Assembly (NCBI GenBank): GCA_965178125.1
Contig: OZ237738.1
Span: 1 to 64,000, forward strand
Reading direction: 5' to 3'
DNA: 64,000 bases
From: Bilabrum cf. latius
Lineage: Eukaryota
The translations under genes and the position numbers were made by a program. The notes under the pieces were generated by a model, which did no database searches, was not told the DNA's origin, and saw only the letters and a program-made list of their open reading frames with translations. How positions within the stretch are numbered: the first letter of the stretch is position 1; the number at the start of each line of letters is the position of its first letter. Below, one piece after another: positions 48,757-62,034 of the stretch.

Positions 48757-51276
48757 TCAGTGGCACCCAGTCCTGGTCAGGTCTGCCGCCAAGCAGAAAT
48801 GGTCAGAGCCGAACCCGCACTCAGGCGCTGGCAGCCCGCCCAGCCCGCCACGGTCGCGGCGACCAGCGATGGCGCGTAGATCAGGGTAGGCGGGCAGCTC
48901 CAACCGGCTCACGGGCGCCAAAGCAGCTTCACAGAATATGTAGTCCACGGCTGCGACGATGGTGGCAGTCAGCTGTGTGGCGGCGGGCTCGTTGGTACCT
49001 GATCGGGGCACTCGCGTGCCAGCGGCGTACACCGAGGACAGCCCCGCCCCTGGCTGGTTGAGGCCGCTGTCTAGAGACTCCGGGACGGAATCTGGTCGCA
49101 AGCCAGACACAAGTGCGTGAGTGACAGCCATGTCGCTGGGAAAGGATCGCCTCAGGCCTGTCACCAGCAACTCGGGGCGAAACGGCAGCAGCTCTGCAGC
49201 AGGCAACCCCAGCGCAACGCGCGGTGACAGTGAATGTGGTGTGGTGCTGCAACCGCTGCTCCTGCTTGCTGCAGCAATTCCGGGTAGTTCCGCAGAGGCC
49301 TTCGCTTTCGCGTGCTTGGAAACCGCTGAAATACCGCTGTCACGCGAGAGGCCCACGCCTTCCTGTCGCTTCGCAGACTCCATCTCAAGCCCGTGGCTGC
49401 CCTTTGAGGCAGCTCCGGTTGTACCACCTGCCTCGAATCTCTCTGAATCGGCAGCCAGCAAGCTTGCAGAGAACTATGCGACCCGCCCCACGTCTGGGCG
49501 ATACGGAGGATGCACAGCTGTGCAGCCTGGGCGGACAGCCATAGAGGAAGGCAGAACACCTGCACCTGCACCTGCACCTGCACCTGCACCTGCACCTGCA
49601 CCTGCACCTGCACCTGCACCTGCACCTGCACCTGCACCTGCACCTGCACCTGCACCTTCATCTGCACCTGCACCTTCATCTGCAGGCGCATGTGCATGGC
49701 TGCCGCTTGAGACGCTTGAAGGTGTGCCTATCGGTCCACTTTCAGCTGGCTCGTCGTCGCGTGGTATGCCCACAGCAGGATCTATAGGAGATGTAGAGCG
49801 CGGGTGTCTTGCTGCAGCACCACCCGTCGCAGCTTCTACCAGAGGTGCCCCTTCTACCAGAGGTGCCCCTTTGCCAGCAGACCCACTAGACCACGCAACT
49901 AGCAGCGCGCTTGTTTGCGTGCGTGCCTTTGCCTCTGGGTGCCAGCCCAAGCCCCCTCTCGATGCAGCGCGCAGCCCTTTCGCCCACTCCAGCCCAGGGG
50001 ACGAATATGCCCGCCCCTGCGCGCCTCCACCTCGCCCCCTGCCTCTCCCTCTCCCTCTCCCTCGACCCCTGCTCCGACTCGGGTGCCTCGCCCCCCGCGC
50101 TGCGATCCTCTCTGCCCCGTGCGGCAGTGCAGTGCACACTTCCAGCCGCCGCCGCATTTGAGCCCGGATAGGCTCGTACGCGATGTCCTCCGGCGAGCTT
50201 CCTCCCAGCACCAGGGCACACGCCCGCGGTGTGTCGAGGAGCCCTTCCGCACTGATCTTGCCACCACTGCCCCTGCTCCTGCTCCTGCTCCTGACTGCAC
50301 CTGGGGCCCTCCCATGACGCGATTCATGCGGCCTCAGTCCCGCCAGCTCCCTCACAGGCGACTGCGGGCTCGAGTTGAAGTCCCCGCAGAGCAGCACGGG
50401 GGCCTGCTGCGGGGAGAGGCCGAGGGCCAGCCGCATGGAGGCGGCCGCCTGCAGGATGAGGCACAGCTGGGCCAGCCGTACCTCGCCTCGACGGGGGTTA
50501 AATACGAGGTGCGTGTTGCAGACCAGCAGGTACTGCCGGGCATCGCTGCCACGAGCAGCCTCTGCCTCTCGAGCCCGCTTGCGAGGTCGGGTGACAGCGC
50601 AGGCGAGAGCGGGGACCCGCACGGTGGTGCTGCCGCGAGCAGATTTGTGCCTCAAATCCTGAAGCAGAAGCAGCTGGCACCGCTGAGGTTTGGCAGCGAG
50701 CAATCCCAGTCCGTCGACTTCGGCTGCACCTCGCCTTGATGCAGCCCTCGCGCGAGACTGCTTCGCTGAGGCTGCAATGGCCAAGCATCGAGAGGATCCT
50801 GTAGGTCCGCGTGCAGAGGCATGAGACGCAGTCCCGAGGGCTATGGTGCACATCGACTTCAAACGAAATCTATCTGGTCTCCAAAACACAGCCAGTCCAT
50901 CCTTCTTGCCATTCCTGGGGCAGAACTCAAACTCGTCCATCCCGAGCCCAGCAAGTCGGCTTTGCAGAGAATCGCCGCCTGTGCCAATCCCAGATTCCGG
51001 GAATTCCTAAAAGCAAGCTAAATCTGGTGCGACTGCTGCGATCTCGCCAACAATGGCAGCCTGTCTGGCGTGCCATGATAGGCTAGAGGGCGGCTTCCAC
51101 GGGAAATGCCCAGGCTCAATGTTCGAAGGTGCTAGAATATTGTACGATAGCACTCGAGTAGCTGAAAGGCCTTGGTCAACTCGATTGCATGGCAACCATT
51201 CCCTCGACAGCGAGTTCACACCAGCAGGCCGCGAGGCACCAATCGTATCGGTTGCGAATCGCCTCCTGCCACGCAT
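48757..51276 (-). CDS. Angel/CCR4-like EEP-family phosphatase/nuclease
   Basis: VLSYNILA, DLACF*E, NTHLVFNPRRGEVRLAQL, LCGDFNS, GSDH; ends in TGA. Confidence 0.88.
49558..49655. repeat. (CCTGCA)n microsatellite encoding poly-GA in the Angel protein
   Basis: About 16 perfect hexamers. Confidence 0.9.
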
Positions 51277-51428
51277 ACAAAAATCCTTGGTATTTTAATG
51301 TTCACACTAGCATCCTCTTCGCAATCTAAGATTATCGTTCTTTTCGGAGCGAGTGCTGTGTGATGACGAGCGGAGACTTGGCGGTTGACGACTGGCAGTC
51401 AAGCATTTTTCTCGTCTGCGTTGCAACC

Positions 51429-52815
51429 ATGGCTGGCGTAGGGGCTCCACCGGCCGGTGGTTCAGCAGAACCAACCTATGGAGAGACAGTCGGTGCTCTG
51501 AGATCGTACTTGACAGCTCCTGGAACGATGCAGGCGGCCTCAAGCACCGTGAAGCTTACTTGCACTCATTCAAACTTGAAGCAGAGAATCATGGAGCTGA
51601 GGTTCGATATGCATGAAACCATCAAAAGCGTCAAAGACACATTGTACACGTACAACGGGACAAGCCCTGGCATGATGGAACTGCGGCTGCTCCGTGGGGG
51701 CACCCTCGTGAGTGGGGCCGTGGCATTCGATGCTCCCGGCACGTATTCTGAAACTCCGCAGAGTTTTGCGATGATCCCCAAGATAACTCCCGGTTCATAA
51801 CTTTTCCCGATCGCTCGAGCTATTGCAGGTGGCGAAGCTGCTGGATTCGACCAAGAAGCTCGGCTTCTACAGCCCGCAGGACGGCGATCAGTTGCACGTG
51901 GTAGATGTGGACCCTTCATCGCTCAGTAGGGACGGGGGCTTGGACGATATCTCATAGGTCAAGAAGTACGTCATGTCGGACGAAGACTACGAGCGCCGGC
52001 CCAACACAATCCGGGCGTGGATCAAGGACCAGAAAAAGAAGGACCCGACGTTCACCCTCAAGAGGCACCTCAAGAATCACGAGCGGCAGCAGCGGTACAA
52101 GGCGGTGCTCAAGCAGGTGCAGGCTGCTGGGGTGGATGACCCCGAGGCCGTTGCGATGGCCGTCGTGGAGCGCGAGATGGGCCCCGAGCTCAGTGAGGAG
52201 GACCTCAAGAAGTGGGACGACGAGGCCTGCGTGGGGCACCTGACGATGGGCGCCAGGTGCGAGGTGGAGCCGGGGGAGAGGAGGGGCGCCATTGCCTTCC
52301 TGGGCAAGGTGGAGGGCAAGCGCGGGTACTGGGCGGGGGTCAAGCTGGACGAGCCCTTCGGCAAGGGGGACGGCTCGCACGGGGACAAGCGCTACTTTGA
52401 GGCAGAGCCCAAGTACGGGGTGTTCGTGCGGGGGGAGCGCGTCAAGTGCGGGGATTACCCTCCCTTGGCGGATGCTGAGCTGGCGGAGATCATGGGGGAG
52501 GCAGGGGCGGCTCCCGCGGACGCATCGGAAGGGGGCGCCGGGGACGGTGCAGACTCGGGCGCAGCGGGCGGCAGCTCGGGGCCCGTCGCAGAAACCAAGG
52601 AGGACGGGGAGGAGGCAAAGGGGCCAGCGGCAGGGATCAGTGCGCCTAGCACTGTGTAGGCCATGGGAACAGGAGGTGCAGGGGCAGGAGAGGGGGAGGG
52701 GGCGGGGGAAGGAGCTTCCGAGCGGCGCGTGGGTGGCATGCTTCGTGTGGGCAGGCGCCGGCTGGATGACGAGGAGTTGGCCGACTACGATGATGAGGAT
52801 GACGACGAGCTGTGA
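51429..52815 (+). CDS. TBCB: Tubulin-folding cofactor B (UBL plus CAP-Gly); intron 51708-51828
   Basis: LTCTHSNL..ELRF, LGFYSP.DG, DIS*VKKYVMSDEDY, WAGVKLDEPFGKGDGS, PKYGVFVR; acidic C-terminus DDEL then TGA. Confidence 0.93.
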
Positions 52816-52914
52816 GTGAACTGGAAGGAGTGACAGGGGTAGAACTGTAAGCGTCGAATCGGGGTATTTCCTCTGCTGTCATCCAACGCAGTTGTGATCC
52901 GATTCTATCCTATC

Positions 52915-53595
52915 TCAAAGGGCCTTCGTGTGACGGCCCTCGGCCACCAGGCGATCCAACTCCCAATCTGACTCGGATTCAGTTCCGCGCTTCAGAGTCC
53001 AAATCTCAACAGTTGTAAAGCCTAGCCTCCTTCCTGCCTTGCTGACCTTCCCAATGCACCGGATGCGACTGCCGACCTTGGCCGCTGACAGGAAGCTAGT
53101 TGATAGCTCCACGCTCACTCCAGCGCGGGTTGGATCGCGTGTCAGCAGCGCCAAAGTGCCCACTACATCCACTATTGTGCTTGTTGCGCCGCCGTGCAAG
53201 GTGCCGTACGCGTTTGCAAGGCGCTCTCGCACTTCTAACTCTACAACAGCGATACCTTTATCTGTCTGGATTCTCGTCACCTCCATGCCCTCCAACACCG
53301 AATCGAATCGCACCCCAGTGGTAGTAAATGAGCCAACTATTGCGTTCACGCCGAGGCGCTTCACTCTATCAATGAAGCTTTCCGGAGTCGAATCAAGATC
53401 GCTACTTGTAGAAACTTCTCTAGGCGAACCAGCAGATGCTGATGTCGAGCATGACGCAATATACGTCGCTGGCAAGTGGGGATGATGCCCAGAAGCCGCT
53501 TGCGTCCGAACTGAGTGTACCACCCGATAGCTACTGCTGGTAAGGTGTCGGTGGATCCGAAGCAGTGTCTACCCAGCTATGCTAGACGGTTTCAT
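52915..53595 (-). CDS. ACOT13: Acyl-CoA thioesterase 13 / PaaI hot-dog thioesterase
   Basis: NAYGTLHGGATSTIVD, GVSVELSTSFL, AEGRHTK; N-terminal extension across one TAG; ends in TGA. Confidence 0.85.
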
Positions 53596-54846
53596 ACACC
53601 CAATATAGTCACCAAAGCCCCAGAAATGAATTCTCGTCAGATGTGTTACTAGCAACAAGATGATTTGCTTTGACTGGAGTTGGGAAGGAAGGATCAAGAG
53701 GACCTGTCAACGATTTCCGGGTTGAGCTTGATTGGAGTCTTCCGGAGGACGCGTAATAGATCGTTGAATGCGGCTTTTTGTCGTCCAAATGAAAAATTGT
53801 TGACGTAGTTATCCAGTGATACGCTTTCCAAGCTGCCAAATTTGGTCGAGGCGCTACCGTGGCTGGAAGCTGTCTCTCGAGCAAGTACTTCGTCACCCAT
53901 GCAGTGGCACGCTCCGGTACAGCTATGAACACTTCCATCCATGCAGTGGTCCGCTAAAAGTACGACTGGAAGAGCTTTGCTAGCATTCTAAGTTTATCGC
54001 ACGGCCACATGATCGGAAGCTGGGAAGTGGTGGGGGTGCAGGGACGTGCATGCCGTGCTCGATACTCTTCCTGTTCGAGGTCAAGCTGACGCGATTGGGC
54101 AGTAATACAGCACGAGTGATAGTGCTCGTGCGAATAGCATCTGGACGTGTCTGGACGGGCCGTGTGAGGGCAGCCTCAGCCCTGCCAACACCTGCCCACA
54201 GCAGCTCTGCGGAGACGATGGTGCTAGAGTCTACTAGGTTGCCGGTGCAACAAGCTCATCCTGCAGCCGCATGCGGCCCATCAGTGTGATCAGAATTGTG
54301 TTGTTCCCGTAGTCATCAGGGGCTTTCGAATCGGCCGCCCACTAGACCTTGGCCTAGGATCTACCAAGGCCGCGCAGGCGTACAGAAATACAGAAATACA
54401 TTGTTGGGTTAAGTTACCGAACCCGCCACAGATGCACCATATCTCAGGTGATCACCTGCAGCGGTAGGAGCCCTCATAAGAGGACTACAAGACCCCCGAC
54501 CCTTTCAGACCAAAGGCCCCCCATGTACCGGCCCTGATGTTGGGACCTCCCTTTGTCGCCTTCAAGCCCTCCTTCGCAGCAGTCCCGGAGCCTTTATTTC
54601 GGATATCCGTAGACACACAGGCATACTGCGTGGACCCGGCATTATGCGCGGTCCAGACCCACCACGGAGTGCCCCTCCAGCCTCCGACGTCACTTCCAGG
54701 ATCGTCCGGACTCGCGATCCCTCTGAGGGTCGAGCACGCACACAATCATGCTCGTCTCTGGAACTGTCAGCGTAAATATGTGAATAGTTCCGAGGCTCCC
54801 CCTCCTGGGAGTCTTCCCGAGCTCGGTGTCCCCGGGCCCGGCTGAT

Positions 54847-55151
54847 ATAGGTGGCACCAACGGTGCAGAAACCAATCGCCCTGCTCTCCAACAGGTAGAC
54901 CGGCGCCAAAGCATTAGATGCTAAGGCTAGGGCTTCAAAGAACCCATTTTCTCCACAAGGGGAGAAATCCCGTGCTAAAATGACAGTACGGGCGTCGGAA
55001 TAGGTGGCACCAACGGTGCAGAAACCAATCGCCCTGCTCTCCGGCAGGTAGACCGGCGCCAAAGCATTAGATGCTAAGACTAGGGCTTCAAAGAACCCAT
55101 TTTCTCCACAAGGGAAGAAATCCCGTGCTGAAATGACAGTACGGGCGTCGG
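54847..55151. repeat. 153-bp tandem duplication (2 copies, few substitutions)
   Basis: ATAGGTGGCACCAACGG...GGGCGTCGGA starts at 54847 and again at 55000. Confidence 0.9.
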
Positions 55152-55471
55152 AGGCGGTAAACACCTTCCCGACCGTTTGGTCGTAGACCTTCCCGCGCAC
55201 ATCGGCGAACGGGCCATAACCACTTCGCAGCCCCCACAGGGATCTCGAGTGGAATCGAGAGCTATTTAGCTCTTCTTCCGCTGCGCAGACAGGCGTCCGC
55301 ACTTTTGTTGTAGCGTGTGGTTTTGACCGCATTTGGCATCCACGGTGCTCCTCCAGATTGAAAAACATGCGTACAGGCCGGAGGATTGCGAGCCAGCTTC
55401 GATCTAGTCGGCTTGTAGGTTTTTTATGCAGCAGTTGCAAACCAGTGGTGGCAGCTACTTGTAGATTATAG

Positions 55472-56372
55472 GTAGTAACGTACTATAACTTCCCAAAAAC
55501 TGAGGAAAATGCAGATGACCTTGATGCCATCGTAAAATCGGGGAAGCGGGTTATTCGAGGACAGAGATTTTCTCTGTCTCTAAATGAGAAGAATGCCAAC
55601 AGCAAGGCAAGGGTATCGGGCTTCTTGCGACTGCACAACGGAGCCAGGCCTGTGCTGACAAAAGTGTACGCCCGCGAGTGCTATTCAAGACGCAGGCCTT
55701 TCATCGGCTTAAATAAGCATGCGGAGAGATTATTTGTTGACACAAGGCCAGGTGAGTTCGATACTGCCCGCAAAGCGCGCTGCTAGACTTGTTCTATGTT
55801 CATCCAATCCATATCTACTGCCAAATCCTAGTCTTTACACTGTCGCAGCATCTGGATTTCACAAGTGGAGAGAAGACTCAAGGGTTGATAAAGTCATGGA
55901 AGCCTTCGCAAAGGTCTTAAAAAATCCTGTGTACAAGCACGCTGTGGTGTACAACCCAGACGCCACGGTAGACAGGGATGCCGCTGCAGCAGCAGGGAAG
56001 GAAGGTTCGAATGACTACAGGCCGCCGGAGGTGAAGCCCGAGGATGAGGAGACATTTGCGGTATCGGTGCCTTCACAGGCAATCGGCTTGCGCCTAGCCG
56101 AAGAGCTCTACGGGGCCTTCTGCGAGCTCTTCCCCGAGGAGGAGCACACTGTGGAGCAGCACGAGACCCGCCGGGCCAACCGCAGCGAGAGGAGGAGGGT
56201 CGCCAAGGAGGCCAAGCACAGGCACATGCTCCGGATCATTGCCCAGCGCAAGGACTTGCTGCGCAAGGTGCCCCGTGGCTCGATCGACAAGTTCATCGAG
56301 CTTGATCGGCAGGGCCAGTTTGAGGACTCGCCTGTGGAGGGTGATGCGGGGGAGGAGGGAGCAAGGCAGTGA
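55472..56372 (+). CDS. Hypothetical spliced protein (5' end unresolved); probable intron 55752-55848
   Basis: Open frame VVTYYNFPK...DTRP joins in phase via GTGAGT..CGCAG to ASGFHKWRED...; ends in TGA. Confidence 0.45.
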
Positions 56373-56848
56373 GGGTATGAGTTGCACCTCTACAAGCCAT
56401 TGGTACAGTTGTGAAAACCTTTCATTTCACTGCAAATGGCCGCCAGCGGACACGCCCCCCACTCGCACTGCAATGCCACAGCTCGGGAGATGCCGGGAAG
56501 CGAGCACAGACCACCGACATGGCTTCAGGTGGCACAAATGATCTTTTGATGAGATAATAATTAATTGAGTCCATGATTGACTCGCCAGAGCACCACGTTC
56601 TTGAGGATTCACTGGGAAAAGCAAGTGTGTCGTTGAGTTCTCTGGACAAAGTACCGACGAAAACCGTGAACCGAGCAGCGTACGCAACAAACTTGTACGG
56701 TGCTGCATTTGATTTGCCAGCACTCTAGGCTCAAGTCGATGAAACGGATGCCTGGCGCAGCGCTAGGGAAACAACTATCACGGGCCCTGCAACGGCAACT
56801 GTGCGCCCTGTCGACGTGACAGCAACGATACTTGATATTTTGAATCTC

Positions 56849-58657
56849 ATGGAAACGTAGGGGCTCTATTTCACTAGGGTTGGGACAAAGCTTTCCTCAG
56901 AAGTATCAAAATGCGCTACGTCGCCCTACAAGCTGTCGATGAAGCTGCTGGCGTCATGGCCAACACAATTGCTTGCATCCACGGTTGCCGGGATCGCTAA
57001 TGAAGTGCGGCGAATCCTGCAATGCGCAGAATATATACCAAGTAGTGAATTAAACAACATTATCGCGGCATGCATGCGCCAGAAGGCCATAGGGCACTAG
57101 CAGGCTGCTGCTGGAGCAGGTGCTGACCAGCTGCAGCCGCTGCTGGGCAGCCACTTGGATCAAACAGCATGCGTTATCGCAGATGCTGATCCACTCCTAG
57201 AGGCCCGAAGTGATACGGCCGAATTCTTGCTCGATTCTGGCGGGGGCTCGCCTGGCAGAGCGTCAGTCGGATCCAAGCGGTCCAGGACCGGCAGTGCTGC
57301 TGCTGCTTCTGCTGCTGCTACTGCTGAGACAGCCGAAGAATCAGCGCCGAAGCGGCGCCGACGAGAACCGGCAGTGCGCCTGTTGTAGGCGTGGAGGCGA
57401 GAAGACCGGCACTGGCACCACCGCCTGCACTCCGCTGGAGCTGCCGTCAACCCGCGTGCGTTACCCCCGATGGGCCCTGACCCCAGGCTTGTGGCGCAGC
57501 TGGCCACGCGGGCGATGGCACTGGCAGACGTGCTGCTGGGGCTGGACGCGGCACGGCCTGAACAAGCTGTGCGGCGGGTGATGGATGCAATGGAGACCAT
57601 AGGAATGGAAGGGTCCGGGCAAGGCCCCGGTGTCTCGCGGGTGTGTGCCAGCTCCACCACTGCCGGCACTGGCGAGAAGCAGCTACCAGCGTCTTCCTCA
57701 TCTGCATCCTCTGCAACATCAACAGGACGCAATACAGCGCATGTGCAGTCGACTGGATCTGGGCCTGGGTATGACCCCGAGCTGGGGTCTCTCATTGCAG
57801 CTGCAATGGAGCAAGATGGACAACAGCAGGCCCAATCAATGGAGGAAGATGGGCCCCATCAGGCCCAATCAATGTAGGAAGATGGGCCCCATCAGGTTCA
57901 GACGGTGGCAAAGGCAGACCACAATCAGCAGCACGAACGGACGATGAAGCAACGAGAACCATCCGAGGTCGATCCGATTGAGCCCGTTCTCGCTGTTCCG
58001 GTCAGCAGTGCGTCATTGTCAGTCACGGGTATCGCGAGTGGACCGCCGCAGGCAGGCGCTGAAGGAAGCACCATCGCGCCCGGCTGTAGCAGTGCAAACA
58101 ATGCAGTTGCTCCCTCTGCGTTGAATACGCACCCACTCCCGTCCTTGTCCATCTCAGGCAGCGCCTAGTTCCACCAGGTGCGGCAGTCGTTGGGCGCGCC
58201 TGCCCGCGTGTGGCCACATGAGCAGGTGGCGCCAGTCAGACAGCTGTCGGAGTGGCTCTGGACGTCGGAAAGTGGAGTTCTGCTGCTGCATGAGTTCGCC
58301 GGTGCCACCTGCTGCCAGCTCCGAGTGGGCGCTCAGGTGGCAGTGCGCAGGGCAACTAGGAAGGGCGCATCCGGGCCTGTGTCTGTCGATGAGTGGGTGG
58401 GGCTGGCCGCGCTGGAGTGGCTCCGCTGGTTCGTGGCGATCTCAGCGGGGCTCAGAGGGGTCGGGTCGATCGGGAAGCTACCGAGTGCGTTTGTAGTTGC
58501 TCGAGCAGTGCTTGGGGTGGGCTCGCATGGAGCGGGCTCTCGTAGCGGGAAGGGTGGGAGGGGGGCAACGGTAGCAGCTTAGTCAGGTGCAAGTGGCCCC
58601 GAGCACGAGGGTCGCCCTGGGAGCCGGTAGGGCTTCATAGAGAAGGATGGCGATTGA
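56849..58657 (+). CDS. Hypothetical protein (~600 aa)
   Basis: ORFs at 57155, 57470, 57905 and 58178 share one frame joined by TAG; ends in TGA. Confidence 0.6.
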
Positions 58658-58689
58658 GCAGCACACTAAACTCGTTGTTGTAATTTCCT

Positions 58690-60990
58690 TCAAGTGGACT
58701 TGCCAACCGATGCGCCACCAGCCGCACTCGTGCCCGGAGGGGGAACAGCCGCGCCTGATGCCCTTTCCCTGCGGAACTCGGCCATCTTGGCGGCCCTGGC
58801 TCGCTTCCGATCACTCGTCAAAGGTCCCATTACAGCCCTGACTCTGTCTACATGACTCTCGGCGCCATCACTGGCAGCTGGAGCATGCGATGCCCGTGCA
58901 CCGCTGCTCACTGCGATTGGCCTCCTCCTCACGATGACTGCCAGGCACCCAATACCACCGTTATCCACCGGACGCGCACGCAGCACATCCAACCGTGGCT
59001 CGGCAGCGAGTGCATCCGCCAGAGCTCTTCCATTGGAGGTCAGCAACACAGCTCGGCCTGCCACAGGCTCACCGCTGGGACTTGAAGGAGGCCGCAGCGC
59101 TGTTGCAATGCACTGCACAGCCCGGGTATAGATGTGCTGCAGAGGATACTTGGACCTGCATCGATTGCCAAAGGGCAGGTCCACGAGCACCACGTCGATC
59201 GTACCCGGCCGCAAGGGCAGGCGCATCGCATCCCACAGACATCGGTCGAAGGGGTAGGGGTCTGGTTCACTGGCAGCTTCACCATTCGCTGAAGCTACTG
59301 CCGAAGAGGGGCATTTGCTGTCCGCTGCAGCCAGAGATGCAGGCTTGCTGGGCTTGCTGCCCCCCGCTGCAGACCTGGGCATCGCTTCGGGAGGGCACAG
59401 CGCCTTCAAGTCGAGCTCACCTGCCACCACCACGTAGCCTCGCATGCCTGCATGCACCGCATCAGAGACTCCACTGGCTGCTTCGACAGTGCCTCTCGAT
59501 CGGTGCCACGACCCGGACCCAGCCACCCGGTGCGCCTCCGCGGCGAGGTACCCTGCCCCACACATGCAGTCCAGCACCACATCCCCCGGCCCGGGGCGCG
59601 CCCACCGCAGCATTGTGTACGCGATGTTGCCTCGGAGCCCCACCTTGGACACAGGCAGGCGCACCGGTCGGGGGACAGCAGAGCCAGCTGTCTGCCTCCC
59701 CAGCAGGTGCTGCCTATGCTGGGCCTCCAGCATGCTGCCTCGGTGCAAGCCGATGCCTATGTGGATGCAGGTCCCCTCCACCACAGCCACCACCTCCATG
59801 TCAAACTCCTTCAGTGACACCGTCAAGGGTACCCCAAGAGAGGGGAACGGGACCTCTAGGGGCGATGCAAGCGCTGCGGGTGCACCTGGGCTAGGCAAGC
59901 CGGGGGAGGAGGCGAGGGCGAGGGCAGAGTATGCCCTGGATACTGCATCGCCGGTGGCTTGCGCAATCTGCACCGATGAGAGCTCTGTGACGAGCAGTGA
60001 TTCCTCATCAGTAGCGCCAGCAGCGGCAGCAGGTGGCTTGCAAGGGGCGCCTTCGGCCGCTTCACCGCTTGCTTCTCCCTGCACGGCATGCGGGGCGGAC
60101 TCTGCAGATGCAGAGGATCCGGTCCCAGCAGCGCGGCTCAACTTTGTGAATGGTTCGCCCGCCGCCTTCCCACCGCCCCTCTTCCTCTTCCTCTTCTTCC
60201 CACCACTGGCACTGGCAGCCCCCGCCGCGCCTCGCCCCCCTGCACCCCGCCTAGTGGTGGCCTTGACGGCTGTGGCCCGGAAGCGAACACCCATAACAGG
60301 GGGGGCTGCCTATGCCGCCCACCACGCCTTCATAGCACGCATCCACTGCTGCAGGTCACCTGGACCTGTCCACCCGTGAGTGGTGGCACTGCTAGTAGCA
60401 CGGGCACTCGAGGCGGAGGTGCTGCTGGCGGGCGGCGCGCCCGACCTCCCGCTTTGTGGTCCTGATTCGCCAGGACCGCGAGAAAGCAAGCTTGTTTCCG
60501 CTCCATGATCTGTGTGTGGATCGATACTACCCAATATAATACGGTCAACGTAGGCTCGATTACCACAAGAGGCCAATCCGCTGCTGCCAATGGTTCCGAA
60601 TACCCTGTTAGAACGCAGGCTCGCCGCATCCAAGACGGCACAATAATCCGCGTATGCATCATACACACAGGTAGACAAACTCCTTCCTAATCTTGGATCC
60701 AACGGCGAAATACCCTCAAAGAGCGAGCTTTCAGTGCGCTCTTGACCGAGTGCACCAGACATAACCCAACTGCACACACACTCAACAGATCGCAGGCTTG
60801 CGATGCGATAACGATCGGCACTTGATTCAAAATATATGCACGTGCGACCGCCATTCGCATGGCATTGCTAACCAGAAGTAGCGTCGTGCACTAGAATGCA
60901 AACCGGTTCTAGCAAAGGTTTTAAAGCCTGCTTGATTTCCTCTGCAGCGCACTGCTCACTACCCCTTGCAACAATACAGAAATACTTCAT
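58690..60990 (-). CDS. THUMP-domain RNA m2G methyltransferase (THUMPD3/Trm14-like)
   Basis: ARGSEQCAAEEI, LRSVE, FRATA, LRGNIAYTML, VLDCMCGAG, WDAMRLPL, VDLPFG; ends in TGA. Confidence 0.82.
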
Positions 60991-61249
60991 TCCGGCTGCC
61001 CGATAATCTCATTTCATTCTTGAAGGCTGGCCGCGTGTTGTTCTGGTCGTGCCGAGTTCAACCATCAAAATGCACTCAACAATCAACAAATATGATTTTG
61101 GCGTGACTCCATTTCGCGCTCCACTCCTAAAGACAGTGAGGCGAATTCACGCGACTAGACACGTCGCAAAGTAATTTGTGCTACTATTTAGTGATGCTAT
61201 AGAGCAGTCCTACTACGATACTGTCCTTAATGCCCCGCAGCTAGTCATC

Positions 61250-61900
61250 ATGATGAAAGTAATCGACGCCCCATCTGAGCCGGTCAAGACTGGTGTCCTG
61301 TACAAACAGGGAGGAACAGACGGCGGCCACAAGAATTGGAAACAGCGATTCTTTGTACTGACCGACCACCTTGCATACTATCCCAGTGGTGAGCCGGGCC
61401 TGGTGAACGTCAGCCGATGCATGAAGTATTATGTGATTGCTGCGCCATCGAGACACGAATGGTTCGTCCCTGCCACACTTCAATGAAACGCAGAAAGCCA
61501 CTATAAGGCTTCAAAATCGAGCGCTGCGGGAAGTAAGCCGCTCGACATCGTAAAGCTGGACGCGTACTTCGTTGCTCCAGTGGAAGGCAGCACGCAGTTC
61601 GAGTTCACAGTGCATGCGTATCCCAAGACTCTCGTGTGCCGAGCCAAGAACCAGGAAGAGATGCAGAGCTGGGTACAGGCCCTCATGGCTCCCATGCGGG
61701 TGCTACACCGCTCGGCCCGCGAGGTCAAGCTGGAGCGCAAGGCTCTGGTGGAGAAGATCGAGGAAGAGGCGCAGGCAGGAGTCCCCGTGTCCGGGGTGCC
61801 GCATGTCGTGCAGTCGTCCGTTGGGGACATGCTGAGGCCTATGCCAGCCGCAGGGGCCGCAGCTGGGGCAGGTGCCGCATCGGGGGCAGGTGCTTCTTGA
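61250..61900 (+). CDS. PH-domain protein; intron 61389-61493
   Basis: KTGVLYKQGG...KNWKQRFFVL..LAYY, AKNQEEMQSWVQAL; ends in TGA. Confidence 0.85.
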
Positions 61901-62034
61901 GGCGCACAATCCAATGGTTCTGGTCATTTTCTCGACCACGGCGTCCGGCTTAGTTCATTGAAAGGTGCATGCATGTACAAAAATACGCGTAGTCCATCCT
62001 GTGAATATAAGTCCAATAAAGCAACGCATGTCAA

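Noticed and set aside
22102-51009. UAG as pyrrolysine, Leu, Tyr or Glu
   Set aside because: The most conserved columns (KDQSYFL, GGSDQWGN, CxQE, VPQQ, GQPFD) specify Gln; no Pyl machinery is seen
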